The position numbers and the translations under genes were made by a program. From Octopus bimaculoides (taxonomy: Eukaryota): DNA of 64,000 bases. The notes under the pieces are model-generated. The model saw only the letters and a list, made by a program, of their open reading frames with translations. It was not told where the DNA came from and did no database searches. Positions 39,164 to 50,880 of this stretch are shown piece by piece (the stretch's first letter is position 1; every line of letters starts with the position of its first letter). Where the stretch lies: positions 52,335,287-52,399,286 of the forward strand of contig NC_068992.1 in the NCBI RefSeq assembly GCF_001194135.2, given 5' to 3'.

Positions 39164-40075
39164 AAAAGTAAACATTGAAGATGGCCACGAAAAGCGGGAG
39201 TGAGGAAAGAAGGTGGAATGACAATTTGCACGTGGACTTCCCCGTCCTCTCCACCACGATTAGTAGTAAACAGCAGGAGGAAAAGAAGAAGCATGAAGTC
39301 AAGAAAAGAAGAAAGAAGGGGAAAAACAGAAAGAGGAAGTAGGGAGTAAAGTTTTCTATACTACATGGAAATCTTAGTAGCACACAAAACAATATTGAAA
39401 GCAACTGTGGCGAAGTGTCTAACAAAAATGGAGTTAGAGGTGGGGAAAAAAGCTTTTGCAAATATCGCAGCAGCTAAGGAATTGGTTAACATCTCATTGG
39501 AGAACAAAATAGAAAAACTAAGCAAAACAGCAAAATATATTAAAAAAATTAATGGTCGGAGGGCAGAAATGATGCCTCCAAGCGATGTCCTAGAAGCAAC
39601 AGCCAAGTGGACTGTTGTCTACAGGTGTGTGAACCCAAAGACAAAAAACTCGAAAATACTAAATGCAACCAGGTGGAAACAGCCTTGAAAGACATATGGC
39701 AGGATATCCACCATATTGTGAGAGTGATGCAGTATGGTGGAGTAGAGGTCCTTTTTAAGACCAAGGGGCAGGCAATACAGAACTCGGTGACCACACGTCA
39801 TGCTGAGGAAATCGCTCTCTTCCCAACGTACATGGGAAGAAGGGTGGTATGAATTATGGTACCTGGAGTCCCACCAGGCTTGGACTTATGGTGGATTCTT
39901 GCCTGTATTTATACAGACTGCAGGGAGAATCTCCTGGATGTTAAAAGATCAAGGAGGGAGAATTAGGTTGGGACCACCTTGGAGGTTCATCTCTATATGA
40001 AGCCAGAGCAGTGAGAGAAAATCCCAGACCTGACTTCCCTCTCGAATGGAAAGCCATTTGATGAGCTCAGGTGGC
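39164..40075 (+). mobile_element. Decayed LINE ORF1 (probably Tx1/L1-like), 5' portion only
   Basis: Frameshifted ORFs 39365-39688 and 39607-39852, continuing ...EEIALFPTYMGRRVV*IMVPGVPPGLDLWWILAC...IPDLTSLSNG. Purine-rich and gag/ORF1-like. Clade assignment is from recall. Confidence 0.6.
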
Positions 40076-41037
40076 TGAGGCACAACATAAAACAAGAAGA
40101 ATATTTTGGCTGGATTAAATGAATATTTTGGCTGGTTTAAATGCTAAAGGGCTAAATGAATAAAAGCCATGTATACTGAGGCAGCCCTCTCTCTACCAAG
40201 ATGTCACACTTTAGATATTCTGCTGCCTCAACAGATTTAATTTGACTGATGCAAGCACAGAAAAGTGCTATGAAGATGATGATGATAACAACAAAGATGA
40301 TTGGTACTTTCCCCAATGTTTTGCTTTTCTTTTCTTTAGCACAGATCAGGTTTCCTGCAAGTACTGGATACATTTTATCAAACATTAGTTTTCACATAAC
40401 CCTTTCTCTGCCCAGTCGACCAATCAGATTCACTTTACTTTGTATTATGTATCATTTTTATATTTAATACATTTCAAGCACAAACTACATATAATTTTTG
40501 TTTTATTTTTGGTTTCAATAACTATCTTACTCAAATGCTTTCTTTTCCTTCATCCTATCTGGGCTATATCAAATCAATAATCTACATATTCTTTAAGAAT
40601 TATTTTCTAGAATTAAATCTGTCCTACTGACATTTGTGGCTTTATGCATATAATATTTACAATTCCAACGCAGGTTTATTTAACTGTTTCTAAAGTATAC
40701 TGCTTATCTGTTTTACTCAAAATTTACTTAATATCTGTTTTAATATTTGATTTTCTCATGAGATATCAAATATGAACAACTTATTGTGGCCCCCGTAATA
40801 TTTTTTTTCTGATACTTCCTTCACGAAAATATTCCACCCTCTACATTCTTTTATTCATTCACTCATTCATTCAGTCTTCATAATCATATCATTATTGTTG
40901 CTACTGCCACTGTCACCATCACTCCTGCTGCTGTTGCTATCACCTGAACTGTCATAGCAATCGTTGTCATCATTGTCATTGACATCAACAAATTAATGTC
41001 CATGTTTCATGTTGACATGAATGGAAATTTTGACAGA

Positions 41038-41145
41038 AGTTTCGGATGTCAGGGCGGAAACCCACGCCACCATCTCTTCAGTTATTTGGTCGGCCTGATA
41101 ACTGAAGAGATGGTGGTGTGGGTTTCTGCCCTGACATCTGAAACT
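41038..41145. repeat. 48-bp inverted repeat with a 12-nt loop
   Basis: Arms 41038-41085 and 41098-41145. Only 3 mismatches, all G:T on the plus strand and all at CpG positions. Confidence 0.95.
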
Positions 41146-41158
41146 AGGAGTTTTATCA
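41096..41158 (+). ncRNA. Candidate minimal type I hammerhead ribozyme (Penelope-like)
   Basis: Stem I TGATAA(41096-101)/TTATCA(41153-58); CTGAAGA 41102-08; stem II GATG..CATC; GAAA 41140-43; short stem III AC-T/A-GT around CTAG; NUH=GTT 41150-52. One extra nucleotide before GAAA is non-canonical. Confidence 0.55.
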
Positions 41159-41821
41159 TGGCTACCGAATAATTGTCACATATTATTTACAGATATATAT
41201 ATATATATATATATANNNNNNNNNNNNNNNNNNNNNNNNNNNNNNNNNNNNNNNNNNNNNNNNNNNNNNNNNNNNNNNNNNNNNNNNNNNNNNNNNNNNN
41301 NNNNNNNNNNNNNNNNNNNNNNNNNNNNNNNNNNNNNNNNNNNNNNNNNNNNNNNNNNNNNNNNNNNNNNNNNNNNNNNNNNNNNNNNNNNNNNNNNNNN
41401 NNNNNNNNNNNNNNNNNNNNNNNNNNNNNNNNNNNNNNNNNNNNNNNNNNNNNNNNNNNNNNNNNNNNNNNNNNNNNNNNNNNNNNNNNNNNNNNNNNNN
41501 NNNNNNNNNNNNNNNNNNNNNNNNNNNNNNNNNNNNNNNNNNNNNNNNNNNNNNNNNNNNNNNNNNNNNNNNNNNNNNNNNNNNNNNNNNNNNNNNNNNN
41601 NNNNNNNNNNNNNNNNNNNNNNNNNNNNNNNNNNNNNNNNNNNNNNNNNNNNNNNNNNNNNNNNNNNNNNNNNNNNNNNNNNNNNNNNNNNNNNNNNNNN
41701 NNNNNNNNNNNNNNNNNNNNNNNNNNNNNNNNNNNNNNNNNNNNNNNNNNNNNNNNNNNNNNNNNNNNNNNNNNNNNNNNNNNNNNNNNNNNNNNNNNNN
41801 NNNNNNNNNNNNNNNNNNNNN

Positions 41822-41853
<32 letters not shown>

Positions 41854-42293
41854 GTATGCATGCACATATGGTTGTATGCATGGCTTGTATAGTATACATA
41901 TTGAAAAAAAGATAAAAGCATCATGAGACATAACAATACTTCTGCATCAATGACATTTGTTCTGAGTGGGTGAAACAACATATATGCATTATATTGATTT
42001 AAATAGTTTATTTCACAAACTAAGGAGAGAGAAAATATAAATATCTCGGTAGACAATAACTCCTAGCAATCACATGTTCGTATGAAATGTAACCTGAACT
42101 TTTGAGGAAAACATAACAAACAACAAAAGGAAATAAGAAACTAATCAGTTATGTTGAAAACATATATGGAAACATAACATATACACTTTTATACTTTTGA
42201 GACACGACAGAGCTGAAGAGAGGATGCATACATACTTAAATACATTGATGAATTGCATGCATCATGCATCTATATATTTAGATATGCATACAC

Positions 42294-42335
<42 letters not shown>

Positions 42336-44141
42336 NNNNNNNNNNNNNNNNNNNNNNNNNNNNNNNNNNNNNNNNNNNNNNNNNNNNNNNNNNNNNNNNN
42401 NNNNNNNNNNNNNNNNNNNNNNNNNNNNNNNNNNNNNNNNNNNNNNNNNNNNNNNNNNNNNNNNNNNNNNNNNNNNNNNNNNNNNNNNNNNNNNNNNNNN
42501 NNNNNNNNNNNNNNNNNNNNNNNNNNNNNNNNNNNNNNNNNNNNNNNNNNNNNNNNNNNNNNNNNNNNNNNNNNNNNNNNNNNNNNNNNNNNNNNNNNNN
42601 NNNNNNNNNNNNNNNNNNNNNNNNNNNNNNNNNNNNNNNNNNNNNNNNNNNNNNNNNNNNNNNNNNNNNNNNNNNNNNNNNNNNNNNNNNNNNNNNNNNN
42701 NNNNNNNNNNNNNNNNNNNNNNNNNNNNNNNNNNNNNNNNNNNNNNNNNNNNNNNNNNNNNNNNNNNNNNNNNNNNNNNNNNNNNNNNNNNNNNNNNNNN
42801 NNNNNNNNNNNNNNNNNNNNNNNNNNNNNNNNNNNNNNNNNNNNNNNNNNNNNNNNNNNNNNNNNNNNNNNNNNNNNNNNNNNNNNNNNNNNNNNNNNNN
42901 NNNNNNNNNNNNNNNNNNNNNNNNNNNNNNNNNNNNNNNNNNNNNNNNNNNNNNNNNNNNNNNNNNNNNNNNNNNNNNGTATGTATATATATATATATAT
43001 ATATTTACTGAGCTATGAAAGAAATGCCGCATTGTAAAAGATTGTTTCACACATGATATTGAAACTATATGGATTTTATTAGATTTCTAGGGAAATTTGA
43101 TATTTGGAAGATGTCACTGACCCACACCACTACTCTCTCTTGAAAACACAAAAATTGCATGTAGGGTCTTAACTTGCTCACTTTTTGCAAACATGGTAAT
43201 ATGCTCATGAATGCTTTGTTTTGTAAAGCATGCTGCACATGCAAAACGTTGACTCTTTTTTATTTTTCGTTGGCTAGCCTCTTTCTTATGCCATCTCTCT
43301 TTTTGTTCATTGGTTTCAACCATCACCATCACCGGTACCACCACCATCGCCACCACAACTGCCATACACACACCATTCAGACTTCTGACACCACCCCAAA
43401 TGGAAAGACAAAAAATGTTGTTTATCATGAAGCTTTGCAATAAGTTCCAAGTCGACATATTATAAAATTTAATATGTACTTAATGCATGAAGTGTCATTG
43501 TTGGGCTCAAGGACCAATGAAGAGCCATCCACAGGAGCTAGCTTAAAAGTCACCTGATAGGATGGCTTTTAAGCTAGTATATATATATATATAAAATAAG
43601 TATTGGGTTTTAAAATCTTTGGAATAAAAATTGGGGAATGCTACACTTGGGATTCGACCACATATCTCCTGGAGATGGGTAGCCTTCACTCTTTTCTACC
43701 CAAAAGAAATTTCAACCCAAATTTACATTTTATTATAGCNNNNNNNNNNNNNNNNNNNNNNNNNNNNNNNNNNNNNNNNNNNNNNNNNNNNNNNNNNNNN
43801 NNNNNNNNNNNNNNNNNNNNNNNNNNNNNNNNNNNNNNNNNNNNNNNNNNNNNNNNNNNNNNNNNNNNNNNNNNNNNNNNNNNNNNNNNNNNNNNNNNNN
43901 NNNNNNNNNNNNNNNNNNNNNNNNNNNNNNNNNNNNNNNNNNNNNNNNNNNNNNNNNNNNNNNNNNNNNNNNNNNNNNNNNNNNNNNNNNNNNNNNNNNN
44001 NNNNNNNNNNNNNNNNNNNNNNNNNNNNNNNNNNNNNNNNNNNNNNNNNNNNNNNNNNNNNNNNNNNNNNNNNNNNNNNNNNNNNNNNNNNNNNNNNNNN
44101 NNNNNNNNNNTATATATATATATATATATACATACAAACAC

Positions 44142-44195
<54 letters not shown>

Positions 44196-44299
44196 CACAT
44201 ATATATTACACATCCACACACACATCACACATACATACTGGCATCCATGTCAATTATTGTTAAGTACTATCCTGTCGTTTTTACATCAAAGCTACATCG

Positions 44300-44700
44300 T
44301 CCATAGTCCTAAGACCGAGAACAGTACGGGAGACAAAGAAAGCTTATTTATATATTGTCTTCTTTTATCTGATGGCATATCATTTAAAGTAATTTCCTGG
44401 AGGTTTTAGTCAATTTTATGAAATCCAGTTCCATTTGGTCTGAGGCACCAAGTTATCAATAATTCAATGTTCGACCAGTATTCCTTGTGTTGATGTTTCT
44501 GTATATATTCAATAACAAAGAATTCTCTTTACAGATTTTCTATTCTCAGATTTATTCCATGACAGTCATTTTTCTGATTGGCATTGTATATTGTTCTTGT
44601 GACAATTCTATATTGCATTGGGGATAGTACCTTATGACGTTTTTGAGCATCTGCTAATTACATTTGTGGTGTCTTCCACAGAAATATAACAAAATTTATA
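44300..44700 (-). mobile_element. RLE-clade non-LTR retrotransposon fragment, decayed
   Basis: Minus translation VEDTTNVISRCSK..IPMQYRIVTRTIYNA...HKEYWSN parallels the knuckle-to-endonuclease region of R4-like ORFs. Confidence 0.5.
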
Positions 44701-44851
44701 TATTTGTTTGCTTCCTGGAAAAGGAAGAAAACAATGCCCTACATGTTGTCAGTAAGCTCCTCGGGAAGCTCTCTTTCTGAGAAAGATACCTCAAAAAGGA
44801 CCAGGATGTGAAACACTTAGCATACCAAAAAAAAAGGACTATACATAAGTT

Positions 44852-44958
44852 TAGGTGCAGGAGTGGCTGTGTGATAAGTAGCTTGCTTACCAACTACATA
44901 GTTCTGGGTTCAGTCCCACTGCATGGCACCTTGGTCAAGTGTCTTCTACTATAGCCTA
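44852..44958 (+). mobile_element. SINE family A head fragment
   Basis: AGGTGCAGGAGTGGCTGTGTG...CAAGTGTCTTCTACTATAGCC. Confidence 0.8.
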
Positions 44959-45000
44959 TATTGTTGAATAATAATTCAGTGGTTTAATTAATTAAATGAG

Positions 45001-45309
45001 CTGAGTCACAGCTCAGTAATCTGAGTCATTGTTATGTGGTCTCTGAGTTATTAGTAAGTGATCTAACCCATTGTTAAGCCTACTGAATCATAGCTTAGTA
45101 GACTGTGTCAGTGGTAAGTGTTCTGAGCCATTGTTAATTCCTCCGAGTCACAGTTCAGGAGTCCAAGTCATTGTTAAGTTGTCTGAATCAGAACTCAAGA
45201 GTCTGAACCATCATTAAGTGGCCTGAGTTATTGGTAAATGGTCTGAGTCACAGTTGAGTGAACTGAGTTACAGTCCTGTGCATTGAATCATAGTTCAGAG
45301 ATTTGAGCC
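45001..45309. repeat. Degenerate minisatellite, 20-bp period, ~15.5 copies
   Basis: Units start at 45001, 45021 and 45043, then every 20 bp to 45303. Approximate consensus CTGAGTCA(T/C)(T/A)GTT(A/C)AGTGGT. Confidence 0.85.
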
Positions 45310-46074
45310 TATGTTTTGTAGCTTAAAATTATATTTAGAGAAGGAAATTTTAGTTGACTTAAAGTCAGCACTTATTTAGTAGCCATATAATCATAGACTT
45401 GCCCATCCTGACTGTCTCATCTATTTCTCTCTAGGTGTAGAATACCTCCTACACATTTAACCTACGTGTCTTACCTTTTTTTAATAAAGGTCAGATGTGC
45501 TTTAAGGGCCATTGTCTGCAAAGTTTTATCAGTGTTCTGTACTAGAATATGAGAAAACAAGAATATTAATGAATGGAAATATTGTTTCAGAAGTTGAAAG
45601 AAAAGGTAAGCAAAAAAAAAAAAGTCTTTCAAATGACTAAAGGAAAGGAGAAATTAATATGCAGCAGTATTAATAGCATTACATATTTTATTGGTGGAAA
45701 AAATTTATCTGTGCTTAAAAACAAATGTGTCTTGTAATGCAGGAATTTTCTTTACAATCTACATGCCATTTTGAATATGGAAAGCACTGGGTTAAAATCC
45801 CTTGTTCCCAATTTAGAAAATGTGAATAAGAATGAGAGATGCAAACCAATCACTTGTCAAAATAAACACTCTAAGCAAGATTTTCATGAGAAATCTGGTT
45901 GATTGCAATGGTATGCAGGAGAAAAAACAGGTATACATGTGTCAGACAGTAATTGATGCAGTAAAATAATTGTAAATAGATAAATAAGTTACAGCTGAAT
46001 GCCAAAAAGTTCAGAAACAACTATGGATATTTGAGTTACTATAACAGAGATACATGCTATGTTTTGTTATATAT

Positions 46075-46453
46075 TGGCACTCCGTCGCTTACGACGTCGA
46101 AGGTTCCAGTTGATCCGATCAACGGAACAGCCTGCTCATGAAATTAACATGCAAGTGGCTGAGCATTCCACAGACACCTGTACCCTTAACGTAGTTCTCG
46201 GGAATATTCAGTGTGACACAGTGTGACAAGGCTGACCCTTTGAATTACAGGCACAACAGAAACAGGAAGAAAGAATGAGAGAAAGTTGTGGTGAAAGAGT
46301 ACAGCAAGGTTCGCCACCATCCCCTACCAGAGCCTCGTGGAGCTTTAGGTGTTTTCACTCAATAAACACTCACAACGCCCGGTCTGGGAATCAAAACCGT
46401 GATCCTACGACCGCGAGTCCGCTACCTTAACCAGTGGGCCATTGCACCTCCAC
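46075..46453 (-). mobile_element. Full-length tRNA-derived SINE, family C
   Basis: Minus head GTGGAGGTGCAATGGCCCACTGGTTAAGGTAGCGGACTCGCGG with a B-box-like GGTTTTGATTCCC. Tail shared with 28335-28503 and 57640-57750. Confidence 0.85.
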
Positions 46454-46720
46454 GTTTTGTTATAACCACTAAGCTATTAATATATGTGCAGTGAGTGTGT
46501 ACGTCAGAAGACCCTTGATTCAAGTTGTAACATTACAATGAATCTCAGAAAGATTTACAATGAAATCTATAACTTTCTGTTAGCAAAACAAAAAGATAGA
46601 GTAAAAACGGCCACAAGGATCTGAATAAAATGCTAACCAATCATTGAATTTATACATTGAATATGTTTACACTGAAACACCTCACTAAAATTTAAAGAAA
46701 ATCACCATAAACTAAAGAGT

Positions 46721-47078
46721 CATCATCATCATCGTTTAACGTCCGCTTTCCCTGCTAGTATGGGTTGAACGATTTGACTGAGGAGTGGCGAAACAGGTGG
46801 CTGCACCAGGCTCCAATCTTATTTGGCAGAGCTTCTACATCTGGATGCCCTTCCTAACACCAACCAATCTGAGAGTGTAGTGAATGCTTTTACGTGCCAC
46901 CGGCATGAGGGCCAGCCACACGGTACTGGCAACGGCCACACTCAAAAAGGTGCTTTTTATGTTCCACCTGCATGGGAGCCAGTCCAACGGCACTGGAAAA
47001 GACCTCGCTCGAATGATTTTCTAATGTGCCACCAGCACAAGTGCTAGAAGGCAACGCTGGTAACGATTACGCTCAGAG
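46721..47078 (-). mobile_element. RTE-like 3' end
   Basis: (CAT)n tail followed by the reverse complement of the 19600-20285 family. Confidence 0.85.
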
Positions 47079-47382
47079 TAGTTTCAGAAATTAGGTGTGT
47101 GTTGTATAGGATTCAATTCAGTACCAAAAAATATATAGAGAGAGAATCTAAAGTCATTTAAGAAATTTTGAGAGACATCTTGTTTGGAAAACAATCTCTC
47201 AATAAAATACTATCGCAATGAAGAATGGAGATATGAATTCATGATTAAGATAGGTTTGCAATGAAGATGTTAGACTTAATTTCACATTTGGATCAAATTA
47301 CAACTAGGCCCTTAGATAGCATTAGCAAAGTTTCATCTGTTACAAGGATTTGAGCCAAGTCTCTAGCCTTTGCATAACTTTC

Positions 47383-47930
47383 ATCATCATCTTCATCATC
47401 ATCATCATCCTTTAACGTCCGCTTTCCATGCTAGCATTGGTTGGATGATTTGACTGAAGACTGGCAAACCAGATGGCTGCACCAGGCTCCAATCTGATCA
47501 GGCAGAGTTTCTACATCTGGATGCCCTTCCTAACACCAACCACTCCGAGAGTGTAGTGAATGCTTTTATGTGCCACCGGCATGAGGGCCAGTCAGGCGGT
47601 ACTGGCAACAACCATGCTCAAACAGTGTTTTTTACGTGCCACCTGCACAGCAGTCAGTCCAGCGACACTGGCAACGACCTCGCTCGAATATTTTGTTCAC
47701 ATGCCACCGGCACAAGTGCCAGTAAGGCAACGCTGGTAATGATCATGCTCAAATGGTGCTATTTTCATGCCACTGGCATGGAAGCCAGACAGCAGCTCTG
47801 GCAGAGATCCCACTCGGATGGTGCTGTTAGCGCTCCGCTGGCATGGGTACCAGTCATAGAATTTGGTTCAATTTCGATTTCACTTGCCCCCAACAGGTCT
47901 TCGCAAGTAGCGTTCAGTGTCCAATGAAGG
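47383..47930 (-). mobile_element. RTE-like 3' UTR copy with full repeat array
   Basis: Reverse-complement match to ~19660-20285. Confidence 0.85.
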
Positions 47931-48117
47931 ATAAAATGCATGAGCTCTGACTTGCTTCCTTTTGGCTAAGTCATTGCCAAAAATTGATGCTTATAAGAAA
48001 CCATTTGACAGAATGATATCAAATAACATTCTCATATAACTTTTAAATAAAAAAATATATTAAAAATTAGTAGTTCATGACAAAAATATACTTATACAAA
48101 CATAGGTACATATGTAC

Positions 48118-48148
<31 letters not shown>

Positions 48149-48217
48149 GCAGTGTCTGTACATATATATATTGTATATATATATATATGTCTGTATACAT
48201 ATGTATATATGTATATA

Positions 48218-48432
48218 CAGGTTTGGCCAAAATGCACCCGACAGTAAATCAAAATTCCATAAATACTATCTGTAATTCTGTATTGACTCGAATGGAAAAA
48301 TGTGTCACTGAACAAGGTCTTAAGTTTGAACAATTTTCATGATGTTTCATATTTAGATGCTTTTATTAAATTCATTCAGTTGAAGAAAGATAAATAAATC
48401 TTGGAATGTCAGGTAACTTTTGGCCAACCCTG
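48218..48432 (+). mobile_element. 215-bp Tc1/mariner-superfamily non-autonomous element
   Basis: TA flanks. TIRs CAGGTTTGGCCAAAATGCACCCGACA and CAGGGTTGGCCAAAAGTTACCTGACA. Internal SVLTRMEKCVTEQGLKFEQFS* resembles the Tc1/mariner C-terminus. Confidence 0.85.
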
Positions 48433-48902
48433 TATACATATCATTATAGATATTGATAACTTATTTGAATTTTTTTAGTTGCATACGTATACTTGTGTGT
48501 GTATGTATGTATGTGTTTGTGATTGCATGTGTATGGCTGTGTATGTGTGTGAGTGTATCTTTTTGTCATATCATATCAAGCAATAATTGTAATCAAGTTT
48601 CACCATAATGCAAGCAGTGTCTTTTGTTTCCAATCTTCTTTGAAATGTGTCAGGCCATGAGGAAATAATACCTTTCTTGTTAGCAGGTGAAGGTTAACAA
48701 CAGGAAGGGCTATCAGGCTTAGAAAACCTTCCTCAAAGTATTCCATTTGATCCAAGCCAGAAAGAAGAGATTAAAAAGATGATTACAATGATGTTCATAT
48801 TTTCAAGCAACAAAGTTTATATACCCTACCTTGTTATTTTAAATTTATCCTATATTTGCAGACATCCTTTCATAATGAACAAAACTACAAAAGAAAACAA
48901 AC

Positions 48903-49310
48903 TGCAGGCATGGCTGTGTGATAAGAAGTTTACTTCCAATCCACATGGTTCCAGATTCAAATCTACTGTTTGGCATCTTTGGCAAGTGTTTTCTACTATA
49001 ACCTTGGGTTAAATAAAGTCTTGTGGGTGGATTTGGTACATGGAAACTGAAAGAAGCCTGTCATATATGTGAGTATGTGTGTGTGTGTGTATGTGTCTTT
49101 GTGTTTATGTTTGTCTCCCACCACCAATTGACAACTGCTGTTGGTTTGTTTACATCACCGTAAACTAGCTGTTCAGCAAAAAGAGGCCAATAGAATAAGT
49201 ACTAGACTCAGATTAAAATAAGTCCTGGGATCGTTTCCTTCAACCAAAAGTTCTTTAAGGCATTGCCCCAACACCATCACAGTCTAATGAATGAAACAGA
49301 TAAAAGTACC
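48903..49310 (+). mobile_element. Diverged full-length SINE family A
   Basis: Colinear with 49461-49883. Confidence 0.75.
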
Positions 49311-49460
49311 ATGCAGTAGAACTGAACATGGTACTTCATGGTTAGGAAGAAAACTTCTTAACCACACAACCATACTTGCACTTAAATCCTTTGAAAATTA
49401 ATTAAATAGTAGTAGTAAGAGAGCACTAGTATAGGCGGAGGAGTAAGAGAGTAGTAGTAT

Positions 49461-49634
49461 AGGCGCAGGAGTGGCTGTGTAATAAGTAACTTGCTTACCA
49501 AGCACATGGTTCCGGGTTCAGTCCCACTGTGTGGCATCTTGGGCAAGTGTCTTTTAATATAGCCTCGGGCTGATCAAAGCCTTGTGAGTGGATTTGATAG
49601 ACAGAAACTGAAAGAAGCCCGTTGTATATATGTT

Positions 49635-49674
<40 letters not shown>

Positions 49675-49883
49675 TGTTTGTCCCACTAGCATTGCTTGAC
49701 AACCAATGCTGGTATGTTTATGTCCCTGTCATTTAGCGGTTCGGCAAAAGAGACCGATAGAATAAGTACTAGGCTTACAAAGAATAAGTACCGGGGTCGA
49801 TTTGCTCAACTAAAGGTGGTGCTCCAGCATGGCCGCAGTCAAATGACTGAAACAAGTAAAAGAGCAAAGAGTAAAAAGAGAGT
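49461..49883 (+). mobile_element. Full-length tRNA-derived SINE family A (CORE-like block, internal (TG)n)
   Basis: Head AGGCGCAGGAGTGGCTGTG, B-box-like GGTTCAGTCCC, CTTGGGCAAGTGTCTT block resembling the CORE-SINE domain, tail (GTAAAAGA)n. Confidence 0.9.
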
Positions 49884-50459
49884 ACTACTTTAGCATTGCA
49901 TCTCTGCATAAAGTATACGTTGGTGGTTCCCTATTACTCTTAGGTCAGTTTAGGGAGTCATTGCTGGTGAGGGTTTTATGGGTTTGGAGCACGAAGTCTA
50001 CCTCAGCCTCTTTTAGTAGCCTTTTATGATATGCAGAGGAGATGTCAGGTCTATTCTTTGACATGCCGGCCACCACCGCACAACAACGAATAAAATAAAC
50101 AATACATTTGGCAAAGAAATCTGAATGCTAAAGAGTTAAAGGTATAATATTCAGATTTACCTGGGTGTCACACGGGTACACTAGATGAAACAGGTAAGAA
50201 ACACTATTTGAAAAACAAAAAGAAGAAAAAAAGGAAGCATTGACTCAAAGTATTCTGAGAAAATAAAGCAAATATATTTCTCCTTGGTGTCCTTTATTTC
50301 CAAATTACAATGAAAGCATATCTGGTGGAGGAGAAATAATACTTAGATTGGAAATAGATGACGGTTGACTAAAGGAAGGGTGGTGCTTGACTGTAGAGGC
50401 TCTGCTTCAATGAATTCTGTCTGACCCATGTAAGCATGGGAAAGCAAGTGTTTTAAAAC

Positions 50460-50581
50460 AATGACGGTGATGATGATGATGATGATGACGACGACAACGA
50501 TGATGACAATGGTGACAATGACGACAACGACGACAATGATGATGATGATGACAACGGTGCTGATGATGGTGACTGTGATGA

Positions 50582-50615
<34 letters not shown>

Positions 50616-50880
50616 GGTGGTGGTGGTGGTGGTGGTGGTGGTGATGGTGATGATGATGGTGATGATGATGACGACGACAACAACAATGATGACAATGGTG
50701 ACGATGACGACAACGATGACAATGATGATGATGATGACAACGGTGATGATGATGATGATGATGAGGATGATGATGATGGTGGTGGTGGTGGTAATGTTGG
50801 TGGTGGTGGTGGTAATGGTGGTGGTGGTGGTTTTGGTGGTGATGACGATTGTAGTGTGGTGATGATGAGGATGATGAGGA
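50460..50880. repeat. Compound (GAT/GAC/GGT)n tract
   Basis: Visible directly. Confidence 0.95.

Noticed and set aside
46380-46453. SINE heads as tRNA genes (also ~49461, ~58719, ~21935)
   Set aside because: A/B-box-like motifs are present, but I could not fold a complete cloverleaf, and they run into SINE bodies.
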